Assembly (NCBI GenBank): GCA_002633005.1
Contig: NMRA01000125.1
Location: 1-64,000 of the forward strand
Reading direction: 5' to 3'
Source of the DNA: Phoronis australis
Taxonomy: Eukaryota > Animalia > Phoronida
Length of the DNA stretch: 64,000 nucleotides
Both the position numbers and the translations under genes were made by a program. Positions 41,111 to 54,419 of the stretch are shown in pieces (within the stretch, counting starts at the first letter, position 1; every line of letters begins with the position of its first letter). Under the pieces are notes generated by a model, which did no database searches, was not told the DNA's origin, and saw nothing but the letters and a program-made list of their open reading frames with translations.

Positions 41111-41699
41111 CGAAATATGCACAGGTCAGCAGTGCTCGAAAAGTCCGCAGAGGCGGGTTTACCCAATGCACCGTTGACGGTGGCGGACGCAAACTCATAC
41201 TGCAATACTTGACGCGACTTGTACAATTTGCGGGATGCACTGGTGCTTCTGTTTGTTGTGTATAATAAATTGCTTTGTACCCTTTATCTCCGATTACCAT
41301 ATTTCTTTGTGCCGCCCGCCAGTGGCTTTTTTTTTCGGTCGCCCTCTTCGCCGGGTTCTCGTCAATGCAGCCGCTGTCGCGAGCCGTCCAGGACGCCGGC
41401 TCCCAAGTAATGTCACTGCATCCACCGCTGTGTTTTGCCCCTTAATTAGCAACGGTTTTCAAAAGGCTTAAAGGTGTGCTTTCAAATGTGGAAACGGACT
41501 AGAATTAATTTTAAATTGTTGTTGTCGTTGCCTACGAAATAGTGACATAATTGAGAGATTCAATATAGCGAAGACGGTAGAAGTAAGTGAGGATCGGCCA
41601 AATCCCACTAACCGTTGCTGTCATTTTATAGAATGTCGTGGTGGCAACTATTCAAAAGTATAGATTACTTGTAGGTACTCTTACTGAATCTCACGTTGT

Positions 41700-42110
41700 C
41701 ACATGACGTGACCTAGTAATTTCACAGGAAGTCTAAATTGCTGTCCCGACCGGCCGGGACTCAAACCCGGGACCTTCTATTTTCTGTGTAGGCCTTCTAA
41801 TCCATATAACCATCGAGGCCGCCGGTCGAACACAGAAATCTAGCCAGGAGACTTGTGTTTGGAAGGACTTCACGTCCATACCGCTGTCAGATATTTTTAA
41901 ATATGCCGGAAATGTCCATTCCGTTCATGCGTAGATTAGGTCATACAATATTAGGTCACGTCACGTGACCTAGTAATTGGAAGTCAGTGGCCTCAGGGTC
42001 AGTAACTCTAGGACCTTCCTAAAAAGCAAGACTTTGCAAGATTACGAAAGATATTGCCAGGTCCTAGCGTTACTGAACGCACACTGGGTTCGAGTCCGGC
42101 CGGTCACAAC
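41700..42110. repeat. Repeat with inverted tRNA-like B-box segments and a nested 78-bp TIR element
   Basis: gaccggccgggactcaaacccgg (41748-41770) is inverse to ctgggttcgagtccggccggtc (42084-42105). The nested element reads tcagtaactctaggacct...aggtcctagcgttactga (41999-42076). A related B-box segment lies at about 50395-50425. Confidence 0.55.
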
Positions 42111-42828
42111 GACCACTGATGTCTCATGCTCTTCTTCTGTAATAGATGCCCTGAATGCTATCAAGATGGACTTTGTTTCCTATCGTGATATGGAAGGCTT
42201 TGAGTACTGTACATGGTAGGCGCACCATAGGGGTCTAGGGGGCTATAGCCACCACTTTTTTCAGTGCTACGCTGCACATAGTCTATAGGTGTTGCCCCAC
42301 AGGGGGGCTGAGGGGGCTTTAGTCCCCCACTTTTTTCAGTGCTGCGCCACTCATTCTGTAGAGTTCAGTGGAGAAAATTTCCCTGTTCTTTATCATTACT
42401 TTCCTTTTCCCAAGGCCATTGCCCTACAAGTGGGATGGTAGTAATTTTGGACCTTTCGTCATCGCGCCCGTTTTTATCCATGGCCATTTAAAATTTGCTT
42501 TTTCCAGTGATTACGCGATAACTCTTCACTTGCGTTCGTATGTACACGACTTGATGCAAAAGTTAGTGAACACGAACTTCGCTCGGACCTGGCATTTTTC
42601 ATCATGTGGGAACGTTCGAAACAATCTAAGCTAAGGATGGGAGTGTTGCAATAGTATTATAGAGAGAAGACAATTATACAACACAAGAATGTCGTACTTA
42701 AAACTGCATGATAAGTTTAAAAGTCACCAAGAGCTTACGAAAGCCGTGCACGGTATTAAGTATTCAAGACTTCAAACACAACACAAATAATTGTATATTT
42801 TAAAATAGGAATATGATATTTAAAAGTT

Positions 42829-45800
42829 TTATTGACCGGTTCCTTCAGGGCCCATTGCAAGATGTCCACTATCCACAGGAACGTCCGCCCCATCGATAAA
42901 CATGGCGTCTTGACTGCATAGAAAGGCAATCACAGAAGCGACACCTGCAGCCTCGATAAGTTGTCCACTCAAGTGAGTCTTTTTTGCATGTACTCCTGCA
43001 CCCGCGCGTGAACCATGAAAACGGTTAGCCTGAAAAAGACTTTTTTGTTGCTTTTGTCCAGTATAATCAATTCTACTCAAGCTGGGCAGTGTGGCAATGC
43101 TATATACTTTTACAAGCGACATCTTACAAATAGCGAAACAGCCTGCCTTCGTTTTCAAAATCAATATCCTTTGACAGAGAATTAAGGCCAAACTATTGTT
43201 ATCGGACATTTTTGATGGTTAACTAAGGTTATCGATGCCCAGGGAGGAAGATAAAGGTGTCCTACCAGTCGTCCCCGATGTCGTCATCCCTTCCCTCCCG
43301 GTCGTCACTGACTCGTGCCGCTCCTTCCACCCGCTGTCACTAGTTTTCTTCCGTCCTCTCCATCGGTGGCTACTAGTTTGGTCACCCACAACGATCACCA
43401 TTTTTCTGATGATCCGACATCAACTTTTGTGTCGTTCCCATCATTGTTTGCGTGGCCTCCCTCGTTAACGTTGGTGCTGCACCTTGTTGGCGTCCCGCCC
43501 GGTGCGGACTGCCATCTACGCCTCCCTAGCTACGCCACTGGTTAAGTTTTCTGAAGACAGGCTCTTGTTTAGATACGCCCAATAAGCGTATATAAGGACA
43601 GTTTCCTCAGATAAGCCCTGGGGGGTAAGTTTGTAAAAGATTTTGCATGCGTTAATCCTAAAACTTTTCCCAGTTTCTTAAGAAAATGAACACCAAAACT
43701 GTAATTGCAGTAACAGTAATTTGTCTCCTACGTGTGGGGAAAATCTTACATCGACAATGTTGCGTGTTTACCATTTTGAATTCAACTTGCGCTCCGGCTA
43801 CGGACCTGTGTTTTCTGAGCGTCCGTCTTATTCGACAAATTTTCGTCCAGCAATTTTAACTATAGTGATGCACATGTCTCAAATGAGTCGAGAATCAGAT
43901 AAGAACCAACTATGATTTTTACCTAAATAGCAGTTTCATCATCAGATTCAACACTGCTGTATCTGCGATGTAAATTAGCCGAGATATTTCCAAGTTAGAC
44001 TAACTGTCATGTATTCAGTTCTAACCAGCGGCGCCCAAGTGTATCCTGGGCAGACGGCATTCACCCGTATTCCCGCAGACGATAAATCTAACGCCATTCA
44101 CTTTGTGAGCATAGTGACACAAGCTTTGGAAGCGCCATAAAGTGCGCAGTTGCGTATCGCCTGGTAACCGACCACGGACGACACATTGACGATAGCACAT
44201 GACGGCCCGTCTGCAAATGACGTCACAACGTATCAATCCCTACTGAAAATTTAACGTAAATTTTAAACATTAAACGAGTTTGCCTATTCAAGGGGGACAG
44301 TACGTAGACCACAAAAAATAAGGCAACTGAAATACTTTTGAGACATTGCTAGGTAGCTTTCTGGTAAAAATGCGATCTCGAAACATCGCTTAACAGGCCA
44401 TTTTGACCATTTTATGGTAGATCTCGTTTTGGTGGATGCTTTTATTTATATCAGGCTGACGCTGACGTAGTGATAACGATACGTTTGATATCAGTCTGAC
44501 CATCATTTTCACATACAGCGTCTTTTCTTAAATATCTCTTGTGACCATTCATTGCTCAGCGATAAGAAATTAAATAAATAATCACATTTGATGAGAAACA
44601 TTGCATTTAAGTTATCAATGGTTAAGATGATTTCGTATTAATCATTTATGTCACTTTATACCATTCATATGAACTCATATCTTCATTTTGGTTGACGTGC
44701 CTTCGTTTAAAAAGTTTTTGATAAATTATGATTACCGGTAACAGAAATCGGTTTGGTAGGATACACCGACCGGCTAGCTTTGAGGTACATAGAAGCAGCA
44801 ACCTGCCTATTCTGTAAGTTTTAATAAGCAATAACGGCCGCTTCTCGATGAAGAGACATCTTGTTTTTAAAAGTTCGAATGTGACCCTGGAGGGGCAGAG
44901 TTTGAGTAAGTCGTTTCGCCGACAAGTAGCGCAATTTACCAATGGAGGGCATCCTTTACTGTTTATTTCAACTTTCTGTTGGATTTGACCCTTTGTCATT
45001 TTGAGATGCAAGACATTAACAATTTAAGTCATTTTGACAGCAATGCATTTATGATAATATTGTTGCAAACCTTTTTCCATGTATGGAAAGCACGCCTGAG
45101 TCATGTTGGTGACACTAACCACGTTTGAGGAAATCAGTGGACTGAACGTATCCAACGGTGCCTCCGCAATGTTGACGTGACTTTCTAGAATGAAAGCACA
45201 AGCTACGGATTACAATTAATGCGTTAAGAATTTACATCAGATATTTCTCACTGGCCAAGGACGATACATAGATGGAAAACAACGATTAAATTTAACAAAT
45301 TATTCCTCGACTTGAGAAATTTAATATTCGCAATTTTTATATAAGAAAATTTAAAATGTTCAAACATGAAGTGTTCGATTACCTTTGATAGTTATGGCTG
45401 CATTGTTTATGAGGTAATGTATTCTCCCGCCATTGTCATCCGCCACAAGTTGCACAGCCTCGTCACAGCGCTCTCTGTCGGACACGTCCACTTGGTAGAA
45501 CCGTACATTTCGTCCCAGCTGCCGCAACTGACGAGCCGTGCTTTCACCTCTGTCGCTATCACGAGCAAAAATAGCCACCGCCGCACCGTCGTTGCTATAG
45601 TTGAAACAACAAGGTCAATGTGATTCAGTTGGCGTTATAAAACACTCTATATTAAAGACATTTTTGTCCACCGGAATATGAATTTATTGGGTTTTGTATT
45701 TAAAGTGGCAATAAACCCGTCGAACTAAGTTTTTGATTGATGTCACTATAATATTGGAAATGATCTGTGACAAAGAACCGACAATTCGTTATTCCTCGAA

Positions 45801-48800
45801 ACCATGCTCGGCGAATAAAAGGATGCGCCTTACCAAGTCAACTTGTATCTAGAGCCTGGTTTCGAGCAATAATGACTGTCAGTTCCTTCCAACAATGCTA
45901 TTAACTATGCGAGTCCAATTTCATAACGGCAAATTGAATAAAACTTATTTTAGGTGCGGAACGTACTGGTTCACAGCCGCTTTGACAGTATGTGATGCAG
46001 TGTTTCCCTTGGGTTTTGAAAGGAGCGTGGTGGTAAATGGCCAAAACGGGGTGCAAAGCCCGTTGCTGCACGCGAATATGAGAATTGGGATCCCCTACTG
46101 TCTGGGTTTCGAAAGGAGCACGGTGGTGAATGCTCGACGCGGATGTGGATCCCGGCGCCACATGCGAGCATGGGATAAAGTGAGATCTTCCCATCGGGGG
46201 GGGGNGGTGGGGGGAAGACCTTCCGTAGACAAAATTTGAAAATTAGATGTAATTGGTTGCAGTTTGCTTATCATAGACAAGACCCTAACCCGAGCATCAT
46301 GTAGTGGAAGTATCTGGATAAAGGATATTTCGCAAGGGAAATTGACAATGAAGTGTCCGGCATAATGTGATCTCTGTCGCACTTGTCTTGAGTACAAAAA
46401 ACAGTGTTGAAACCCAATTAACCACGAAGTGTCAAACATAGAACAAAAATATGTGAACTTTGTAGACGTAATAAACTAATTCGTGTAACGAAACTTCCGT
46501 TGATATCGTCTTGCTAAACATAAATCAGTGATAGTGGATTGGTGTTGGCCGGCGTAACAGACGATGTAGGCCCTATAATCCAGTCCATGCAGACGAATCT
46601 GAGACTGTTTAACATTCAATATCGTGGTTGATTAAACAGTTGGATGTCACACCCTGCAGTGCAGTATAATTCACAATGTCTTTTGCTAACTCGGACACGA
46701 TAAAATGAATGAAGTAGAAATCTTACTGTTTCTTTCATTAGCAAGCCCTGGCACTTTCTCATTTTAGAAAATTCGTATCGAGGTCGTTGCCTGGTCCCCG
46801 GCTGTACTAAGTGTATATGCATTGTCAGATAACCAGGCAGAAACTATTTACAAAAGGGGATTGGGGATTGGGGATTGAATGATTGTGTTTAACGGGGGGG
46901 GGGGGCANGGCACAATTCAAGATACCATTGTAAAATTATTATTTTCCCTTTCGATCCACAAACGGCGAAAAGTGCCGTGTGACTTGCAGTTATTCATTAT
47001 TAGGCCTACTAGCAATCATTTTTAGTAGCGATCATATTTACTTACGATTCATTTTACTAGCGATCATTTTTACTAGCGATCATTTTTACTAGCGATCATT
47101 TTTACTTACGATTCATTTTACTAGCGATCATTTTTACTAGCGATCATTTTTACTAGCGATCATTTTTACTAGCGATCATTTTTAGTAGCGATCATTTTTA
47201 CAAACGATCATTTTTACAAGCGATTTTTGCGTGGCGGTGAAGTTTCCCCGTCACGATTAGGTGTGTGGCGGTCAATTTGAGTATGATTTACGAGTGGCGG
47301 GACCAAAAAGGAGCGTAGCGGGCCGCCCAGAAGTTTACACGCAGGGGAAACCCTCTGATGAATACTCAGTAAGGCTGATTGGCTTAGTAACTTTTGTCAA
47401 CCTTCATGCATGCTTTTGCGAGTTATTAAAAATAACGCAAGATTCTGTGAGACTTAACTGAGACGTCACCGGAAGCAGCGCAAAAGCTTGTTCTTTGGCC
47501 ATTTGCCCGATTCGGTAACAGATTGTATTCTGTTCAGTTTACTTCGAGTTTTTAATCTTTTAGTGTGAAAAAATGCAAAGCAAGCATTGCTGTTATGGGA
47601 AATGTAAGACAGATTCGCGCTACAATACGTCCCATCGCGTTGTGTACTAATTTCGTCCCGTGTACTTAAACGGGCAGTAGGCGAAATCTGCTCACTGATT
47701 AAGAGTATTCACTTCGTCAAAAATACATTCTACACTTAAAACTATCACTTAAAAAGCGCTTACTTTCTTCAGTGATCCTTTCCGCTTCTAAACATATCTT
47801 CGATGAAGCATACCTACTAGAATTAAGGTGACTTTGGCGAAGAATTCCAACTCCACTTTTTGGTTACCGTTAACTTTTTCACCGCTCGTGCGATAACCGC
47901 AAAGTATTTCAACTGAGTCAGGTGAGTACGAGGCAAAGACTAACGCAAGACTGCACTTGCAAAATGACATGGGAAGATATGAAGTGAAATTTGTATGATT
48001 TGTGTCCCTTGGACTTTTTGTTCGTCAACAGGCGTGGATTTCACGTTACTTCTTTAAAGTGGCGTCCGGTGAGAGAAACTTGAGCGAACCGCGAGATTTT
48101 CGTGGATATCCTCAAGTTATTTGTTGACTATCTTGTATCGAGAGTCATGGTATGTGTTAATTATAACTTCATGTGCATATATGCATGTTTCATTTGATTT
48201 TGTTTGCTGTATTTTGAAATGCGTAACTTTTTATGGGAATATACTATTGCCCCTGTAGGCATGCGGCAGGCCTAGTCCGGGTCGAGTTCCAATTCCAGCC
48301 CTTTCACAGCTTCGAACAACATAACGAGTTCACGTTTTCTTCGTCCATTCACAGTTATTCCACGATCCATCTACCATCTCTTAAGTTGTGTTAACCTTTA
48401 AGCGTAAAATTCTCCATAAGAACTCCAGTAAGATTTAGCGTGTGTAGCAAAGACTCGGGGCAAAACAATTAAGGGCAATATGGCGGGTTTTGCCCTACTT
48501 CCGGTGACGTCAAATTGAATAACTGGAAACTCGCGAGTGAGCTAATAGCTCATTAACTTGGAAATTCATTTCCCTTGTAAAACACCAGGTCTCAGTCACA
48601 TTTCAGGCGAGAAGTTTTACCCTGCAGAGGTGTCTTATTATCATACACAGTGAGTGAACAGTACGAAATGAGCTGAAATTATCATTTTCAGTTGTTAAAC
48701 TGCTTTCGCATAGTCTGCCTGCAATTATTTCTTCATTTTTTTACTGCAAAGACCCAACAGTGGTCGTTGAACGTAATGTATAAAATCACTTCATACTCGC

Positions 48801-49430
48801 GATTAAAGCCATGAGCAATTTTTGTAATCTCTGAAATCAGTGATAAGCTGTGACCTGCGTTCGAACTGCGAACTCGAGTTAGATACGCGATAATTGTCCA
48901 ACCATGCCCCCCCCCCCCGTAGACTTCTGTTAGATTTGTATTGCCGTGGCGGTGTGCATGGATCGAGGGACACGGGTCACCCCTTCCACTCCCGACCATG
49001 CACCATGACTACAAATATGGGAGTGCGTTTCGTATAGGCGAGAATTTCGCAAAAACGCAAGAACACGCAAGTCTTCACGAGATAGCGCCATGTACGTATA
49101 ACAAGGGAAGCATGTGATCACACCAGCTTCCTCAGCGAGATTCATGTTTCCAAAACTCTACTCTGGTGCATGTCTTGCTGCAATGGTCAGTGACCGTATC
49201 TACTATTATCATTAATATGCAGGCTAACTTGTGGGTATCGGAAATGCACTTAAGATGAAATCTTTTCTGACCCCTTACCTGAATCTTTCAACGGTTGCCT
49301 TTCCTATTCCTGAGTTTCCACCTGTAACAATCACAACCTTTCCCGTAAAGCGACCTTTTGTGATGTCCGAATCCAGTTCTGGCTGCGGGTACAGCGCTTT
49401 ATACTTGTCAGAAGAGTAAGACGTGCACAT
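42829..49430 (-). pseudogene. Classical SDR paralog A, 5 exons, 287 codons with one in-frame TGA (nonsense allele, base error, or recoded codon)
   Basis: Exons 49279-49430, 45383-45594, 45071-45184, 44026-44210 and 42829-43029 (152/212/114/185/201 nt, all GT-AG). Motifs TGGNSGIG, LINNAA, NVSS, YGASK and IRVNAVCPG are intact. The only lesion is TGA at 44098-44100 (LTK*MALDL versus MTKCMALDL in copies B and C). Confidence 0.8.
47008..47228. repeat. Minisatellite, 16-bp unit, about 13-14 copies, in intron 1 of SDR copy A
   Basis: Tandem array of actagcgatcattttt; a variant unit acttacgattcatttt occurs twice. Confidence 0.93.
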
Positions 49431-52400
49431 TTTGGCAAATAACGCTCAAATAAACAACGTTCAACCATACCATGTAAGAACAGGCTATGTGTAAGGAATC
49501 TGGGTCGCATTGTCTGACCTGGAAATCCGTTTGGGTCAAGTGAAGTCAATTTCGAACTGGACAAGGGGCTGAAACGGTGCCAAGGCCGTGTCTCTTTATT
49601 CCAGTTCCAATCCCTTAACCCCAGTCTCGGACCAGTCAGGACCATGGTCCGGGCCTAAAGTTTGATTTGTTAATTACTTCAGATGAGGAAGTTATAAATC
49701 TCAATCACTATGTAACTTCTAAAAGCATTACGACTCTCGAGTGGACGACCTAATGTTGTCAGTGGGGGCACTGCCAGCAATAAAAATATGAAATACTTCA
49801 AGTCACCAGGATCGGAAAGCTTCTCTTCTGAATACTTTTGGGATGCGGCAACGTAATGGTCAACAGTAAATTTTAAACAATGGTACAAAAACGGGGTAAA
49901 ATGTATTAGTTATATATACACTTCTGATGACAATGGCAAACGAGTTTGATGTGAAAATCGACAGCGAAGAACAAAATGGCATTGCTTCTTTTCTCAAAAG
50001 AACTCAAAAGGACTTCTTCAAAGGAATTTTGGAGTTTTGACATGCACTCATCTTGCATCCCTTTTCATTAGTGGAATGTGTTAAGAAGACTTTGTCTTCA
50101 TCATAACTGTCACATTCTAATCGAATTGTTTTTCTTAAAAATTTGTTAGTTTACTGTTGCTAGCTAAACAGTAGATCTATAGGGGGAGACATAATAAAAT
50201 GATCCCAATGTCGACAAGGGCTTTTCTGGAAACCGAGATTATTTAATCTTTACGATGAGTTCAATATGAATATGTTAATCTTGAATCGAGGTGGAAATAT
50301 AGATCTCAAACATTTATACATGTAAGTCTGATGCGCACGCCACCTGTTGGCCACATCAAGTGACTAGATGAATATAAGTCTGCAAAGATTTCAGCCCCGA
50401 CTGGGACTCGAACCCGGGACCCTCTGCTAACTGTGGGCGGGATGATCACTGCTAAGTTTCATCAGAATGGATTCCTGTGTTCGACCAGTGGTCCCGTTGG
50501 ATGTTTATGCTGCTACTTTCGATGATGTGGTCAACAGTTTACTTATTCAGCTGCTGCTTCAGATAATCCTGACGGTGTAAAAACATACATATTTGTTACA
50601 GATTGTCACATGGAATTCTCTGTTTTTTTATGGAAAATATAAATTATTCAGCTTAAGTTGAATTTTGAAATTTGAATTCATTCGCCAAATTTCTTTTTGG
50701 CATTGATCATGAGCTCCGATCAAAACGTTGACCCGCTTGCTCTCTGACGCAACGAATCAATCTACAGACGGGAAAGGGTCATTGCCACAGTCTCACATGA
50801 CCCTGGCGTACCTATCTGCAACTTTGGAACGGAATAAACAAAGGCGGCCACCCGAGCGATTTTTTGCCCTGATAACAGTCTTTACGTGATGCAGTTGGGA
50901 AGCAATTAACACATATAAATGATATAATGGTTGACTAAAAACGTGCTAATGGTAGCTCTGCGAAGTAAACACCGTAATTACATACCGTTTTCGCTTTAAC
51001 TTTCATAATTGAAGTACTTGATTTAGTCATGGTACGTTATTAAGGATTATTTTGTTCCGCAAATGAATTCCATTGCCGTCATGTAAAACGTTTTCTTGCT
51101 TGCAAAATTAAACTAACAACAGCAACAATTTATTTTCGCAGCAAAGTTTGATCGTTGCTCTCCCAGTGTGTTAGTCAAGCGACAATACTTCTTTGTGTTT
51201 TTGCTTTCTTTGTTTGCTTTTTAGGTCTTTAAATTTGATTATTCCGAGAGAGAATATATTCGTTTCTGTGTGTTTCCTACGCTTACACGACATTGAAGGC
51301 AAACGTCGTTTTTTGTAATGTTTTTATTTTTTTGTTTGTTCTTTTTCTGCGTGTACCAGCACAGAGTCTTGTCATTCTCGGATTTTTATCTTTTCCTTTA
51401 GTTTGCGCATCCTTGTCTTCGGCCAGGATTCTCGTTAATCTTGGCAATAACGGTGTCAGATTTCTTGCATTTATTGTTGTGCAAAACGGTATGATTTGGA
51501 GGAAGTTGAAGAAATGGAGTTAAATGTTGATTCCAATGCCATTCAGCAAATGTTTGGACTTGTAACAAAACATTAGTTCGTCTTTTAGTTGTTAAGGGAC
51601 CACGACCCGCAGGGCTAATCTCCGTCCGTGAGTCTTGACTGGCGGACGACCAGGTGGTCCACCAACCCTCCTCCAGTCTTACTCACCGACACATAGTTAA
51701 CGCCGAGGATTGGAAATAAGTTTTGAGTGAAAGTATACTGGAAACTGCGAAGACCAATACGCTCAGAATTACCTGTGGATAAATTGTGTCCTCTTTTGGT
51801 GATCTGTGATCCTTGAGACTAAGTAACTGTGAAATTCATTTGTTCATATGTTAAAAATCTTCAATTGACTGCCACGTTTTCCAATGGCTAAGGTCATAGC
51901 TTTTTTGATCAGGTGACCTATAATATACATATTTATGAGAGAAAAATGTAAGAGAGATAATTGCGGTTGTAGCAGTATATTAGTCATAAGTAATTGGCTT
52001 CAGACGTATTGTTTAGTATGCTTTATTTCATCAATCAAAGTAAGCGGCTGAGCACTCCCAACACAGGCCCATCGCCTTACTGTAAATAATTTTCATCAAT
52101 CATTTCTTAACTGCAACGAGCTAACAATTAAATGGCAAGAACATTTAGTGCGTTGCTGTTATTTTTCAAATGCATTGTGGGACGATTGTCGGCTCGTAAA
52201 CATCCGGTGACAATGTTATCTGTAGATGAAATCCTGCAAATTGCGAAGTGGGAGCGAAAGCCAACATTTCTGACTTTAAGTCTTAAATTATTTACGAAAC
52301 CGGAACTTTGACTTACAAAGAATTGAGGAAAATTGTTGCTTCAGGCCAAACAGTTTTAGTTTCAGTCGCCAATGCAACTTGGACATCAGAGCTTGGACTC

Positions 52401-52494
52401 TAAATTACTTATGACATTTAAGTTTTACGTTAGTAAGAGATGAGTTCTAGTTACGTGTGCTTTATTGTGTTATGGATTACATAGATTACTGAGG

Positions 52495-52734
52495 GACCCC
52501 TAGATTTGAGCTACAAACTCAAGTAAAAATTTCGAGAATTCGAGTTCAGACTCGAACTGATAGCTTTAATTCATGGATAATCAAGTGCAAACTATGATTA
52601 GACAGTCACTTAATAATGTACTGTAGCATCAAACCATGGACCCTTATCTTGTGTTCTAACAAAAATAGAACGTAAATTTTCAAAATTTATTACCAGTTCA
52701 ATTTCAAGTACAATGATTAGACCCCGGACCCAGG
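52495..52734. mobile_element. Foldback MITE family, copy 3 (partial)
   Basis: Shares atcaagtgcaaact...ttagaccccggacccag with 6870-6993 and 14808-14966. Confidence 0.55.
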
Positions 52735-53173
52735 TGAATTTCGAGCTATTTGTCGTAACCAATTTCAATTCAGGCAAATGATATGAAATGGATGAGGTTG
52801 CTTTAAGCGTTGATCATGCAATTTCTTGAATTAAGCAACATGGTAAGTACCACTGTTTCAAGTGGCTCCATCTAGCATTCAGTCACGGAGCCAGCTTATT
52901 TAAAGTAGTATTGTATTGCTTTTGACAACTAAAGGTACGAGCCTGTCAGTCCCATCTAACGAAATGCAGTCTTCAACGACAACGATAAGTTAGTTCTTTC
53001 AAGTTGATACTAAGTTTAAAACGACGCGTGGCTTAATGGGGCTATTCGGAGAATTATCCTCGCGGTGTCGCTGCTATACTAGTGGTGATTGAATTGCGCA
53101 TGCGTGGCTGTTTGCATGTAAACAACTGGTAAAAGATGGATTTGTTATCAAAATACGTCGTCGCGCAAAGTCT

Positions 53174-54100
53174 TATTACTGCTAATTTCCCCGGTGCAAG
53201 TCTTCGACAGGTGGCCAAAAATTCCCAAAAGACCTTAAGTTACTATATTCGTGGACAATTGCGGTCAAAAGGGTCAACTAACTGACAAAAAGTGTGTGGA
53301 TGCTGAAGCCCCGTGTGTGCTCTATGACTAAGCAGTTCCATTCGGAGACTACACAACATTACTTGGTAAGTTTTTAGCAATCAAGTTTCTATCAACATCG
53401 TGCGGTGATGTTATCCCCACCAGTTACCCCACTGAATAACAGATTTATTGAGTGGAACTAAGTGTTTCTTTTAGGAAACTCACCCGATGCCGGGTAGGCT
53501 AGCAGCACATATTCATATTGTCATGGGTGGGAGTGCTCCCAAAATAAGAGGTGTATGGTACGTGATGCACAGAAGTAAAGGGTGACTTTTTCACAGTAGT
53601 TTCTCTTCAAAACTATGCTGTTTCCAATAAAATTCTCTAGATGAGTGAGTTTCCTTATTTTATCGCGGACCCCACCCCCAGGACTACCAGATCAGTTATC
53701 GAATTAACATGAATAAGCCTTAATTCAGTAAATGTCGTAACATTGTATTGGAAAAAAATGACACCTAGAATGAATTTTACTTTTTGAGATCAAAAGCACA
53801 TTTTAAGTGTCATGAAAAATACACATTGTTAAATCACTTTTAGCTTGTTTCATATATTTTAGTTCAGATATTAAATAAGACTTGGGTACAAAGGTTATTA
53901 GTTTCTACACATAAACATGAAGATGAAATGTCAAGTATGTTCTGCCTTACAAAAGTAGTTTTGTGTTGTCTTTTCCTTTACAATTGCTAATATTTCTCCG
54001 ACTATTCTGTTACAGGTGAGAGAAAACAACTGAAACCAACCGCCCGACCATCTATTTTACCTTTGGACAAAGTGAAAAGCAATCCTTCAGCAATAACCTG
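53174..54100 (+). pseudogene. THAP zinc-finger remnant (transposase N-terminus)
   Basis: From 53174 the frame reads YYC*FPRCKSSTGGQKFPKDLKLLYSWTIAVKRVN*LTKSVWMLKPRVCS. After a frameshift it reads DYTTLL, then across intron 53366-54015 GERKQLKPTARPSIL (AVPTIF-box equivalent). Confidence 0.78.
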
Positions 54101-54419
54101 AGAGAAATGAACGTAATTCAGAAATAAGCACTTGATATGCCTGAATATTGACTTCGTCGCAATGTTGTTTCTTTATGTGATTTTTCAGTTTGCCATTTGT
54201 TTTTAAATACACTGATAATTGTTTATTCTCGAATCTTGTGCATAGCAGATTCTTATCCAGCTAGCTACAATTGAAAACATACAATAAGACAATCGAAGCA
54301 GTCACTGAATGTCATTTCCCCACAATGTGTACCAAATTGAAAAATTTTTACCAATAGTATAAAGCCTTTCTTCTGAAAGGAAAAGTTAATGTCACTCAGC
54401 TTTTGGCTTTCATTTCACT

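Noticed and set aside
41748-42105. tRNA genes suggested by GGTTCGAGTCC motifs (also at about 50400)
   Set aside because: Only T-arm/B-box fragments are present; there is no cloverleaf.
42400-42470. SECIS candidate on the minus strand (ATGA at 42462-42459, AAAA after 10 nt, GA near 42409)
   Set aside because: The apical region is too long, helix II is poor, helix I is absent, and it lies about 370 nt beyond the likely polyA signal. It still merits a SECISearch run.
45895-46439. Overlapping 97-114 aa ORFs
   Set aside because: They lie in an intronic repeat-like segment with an internal duplication of about 93 bp and an ambiguous base, and carry no protein motif.
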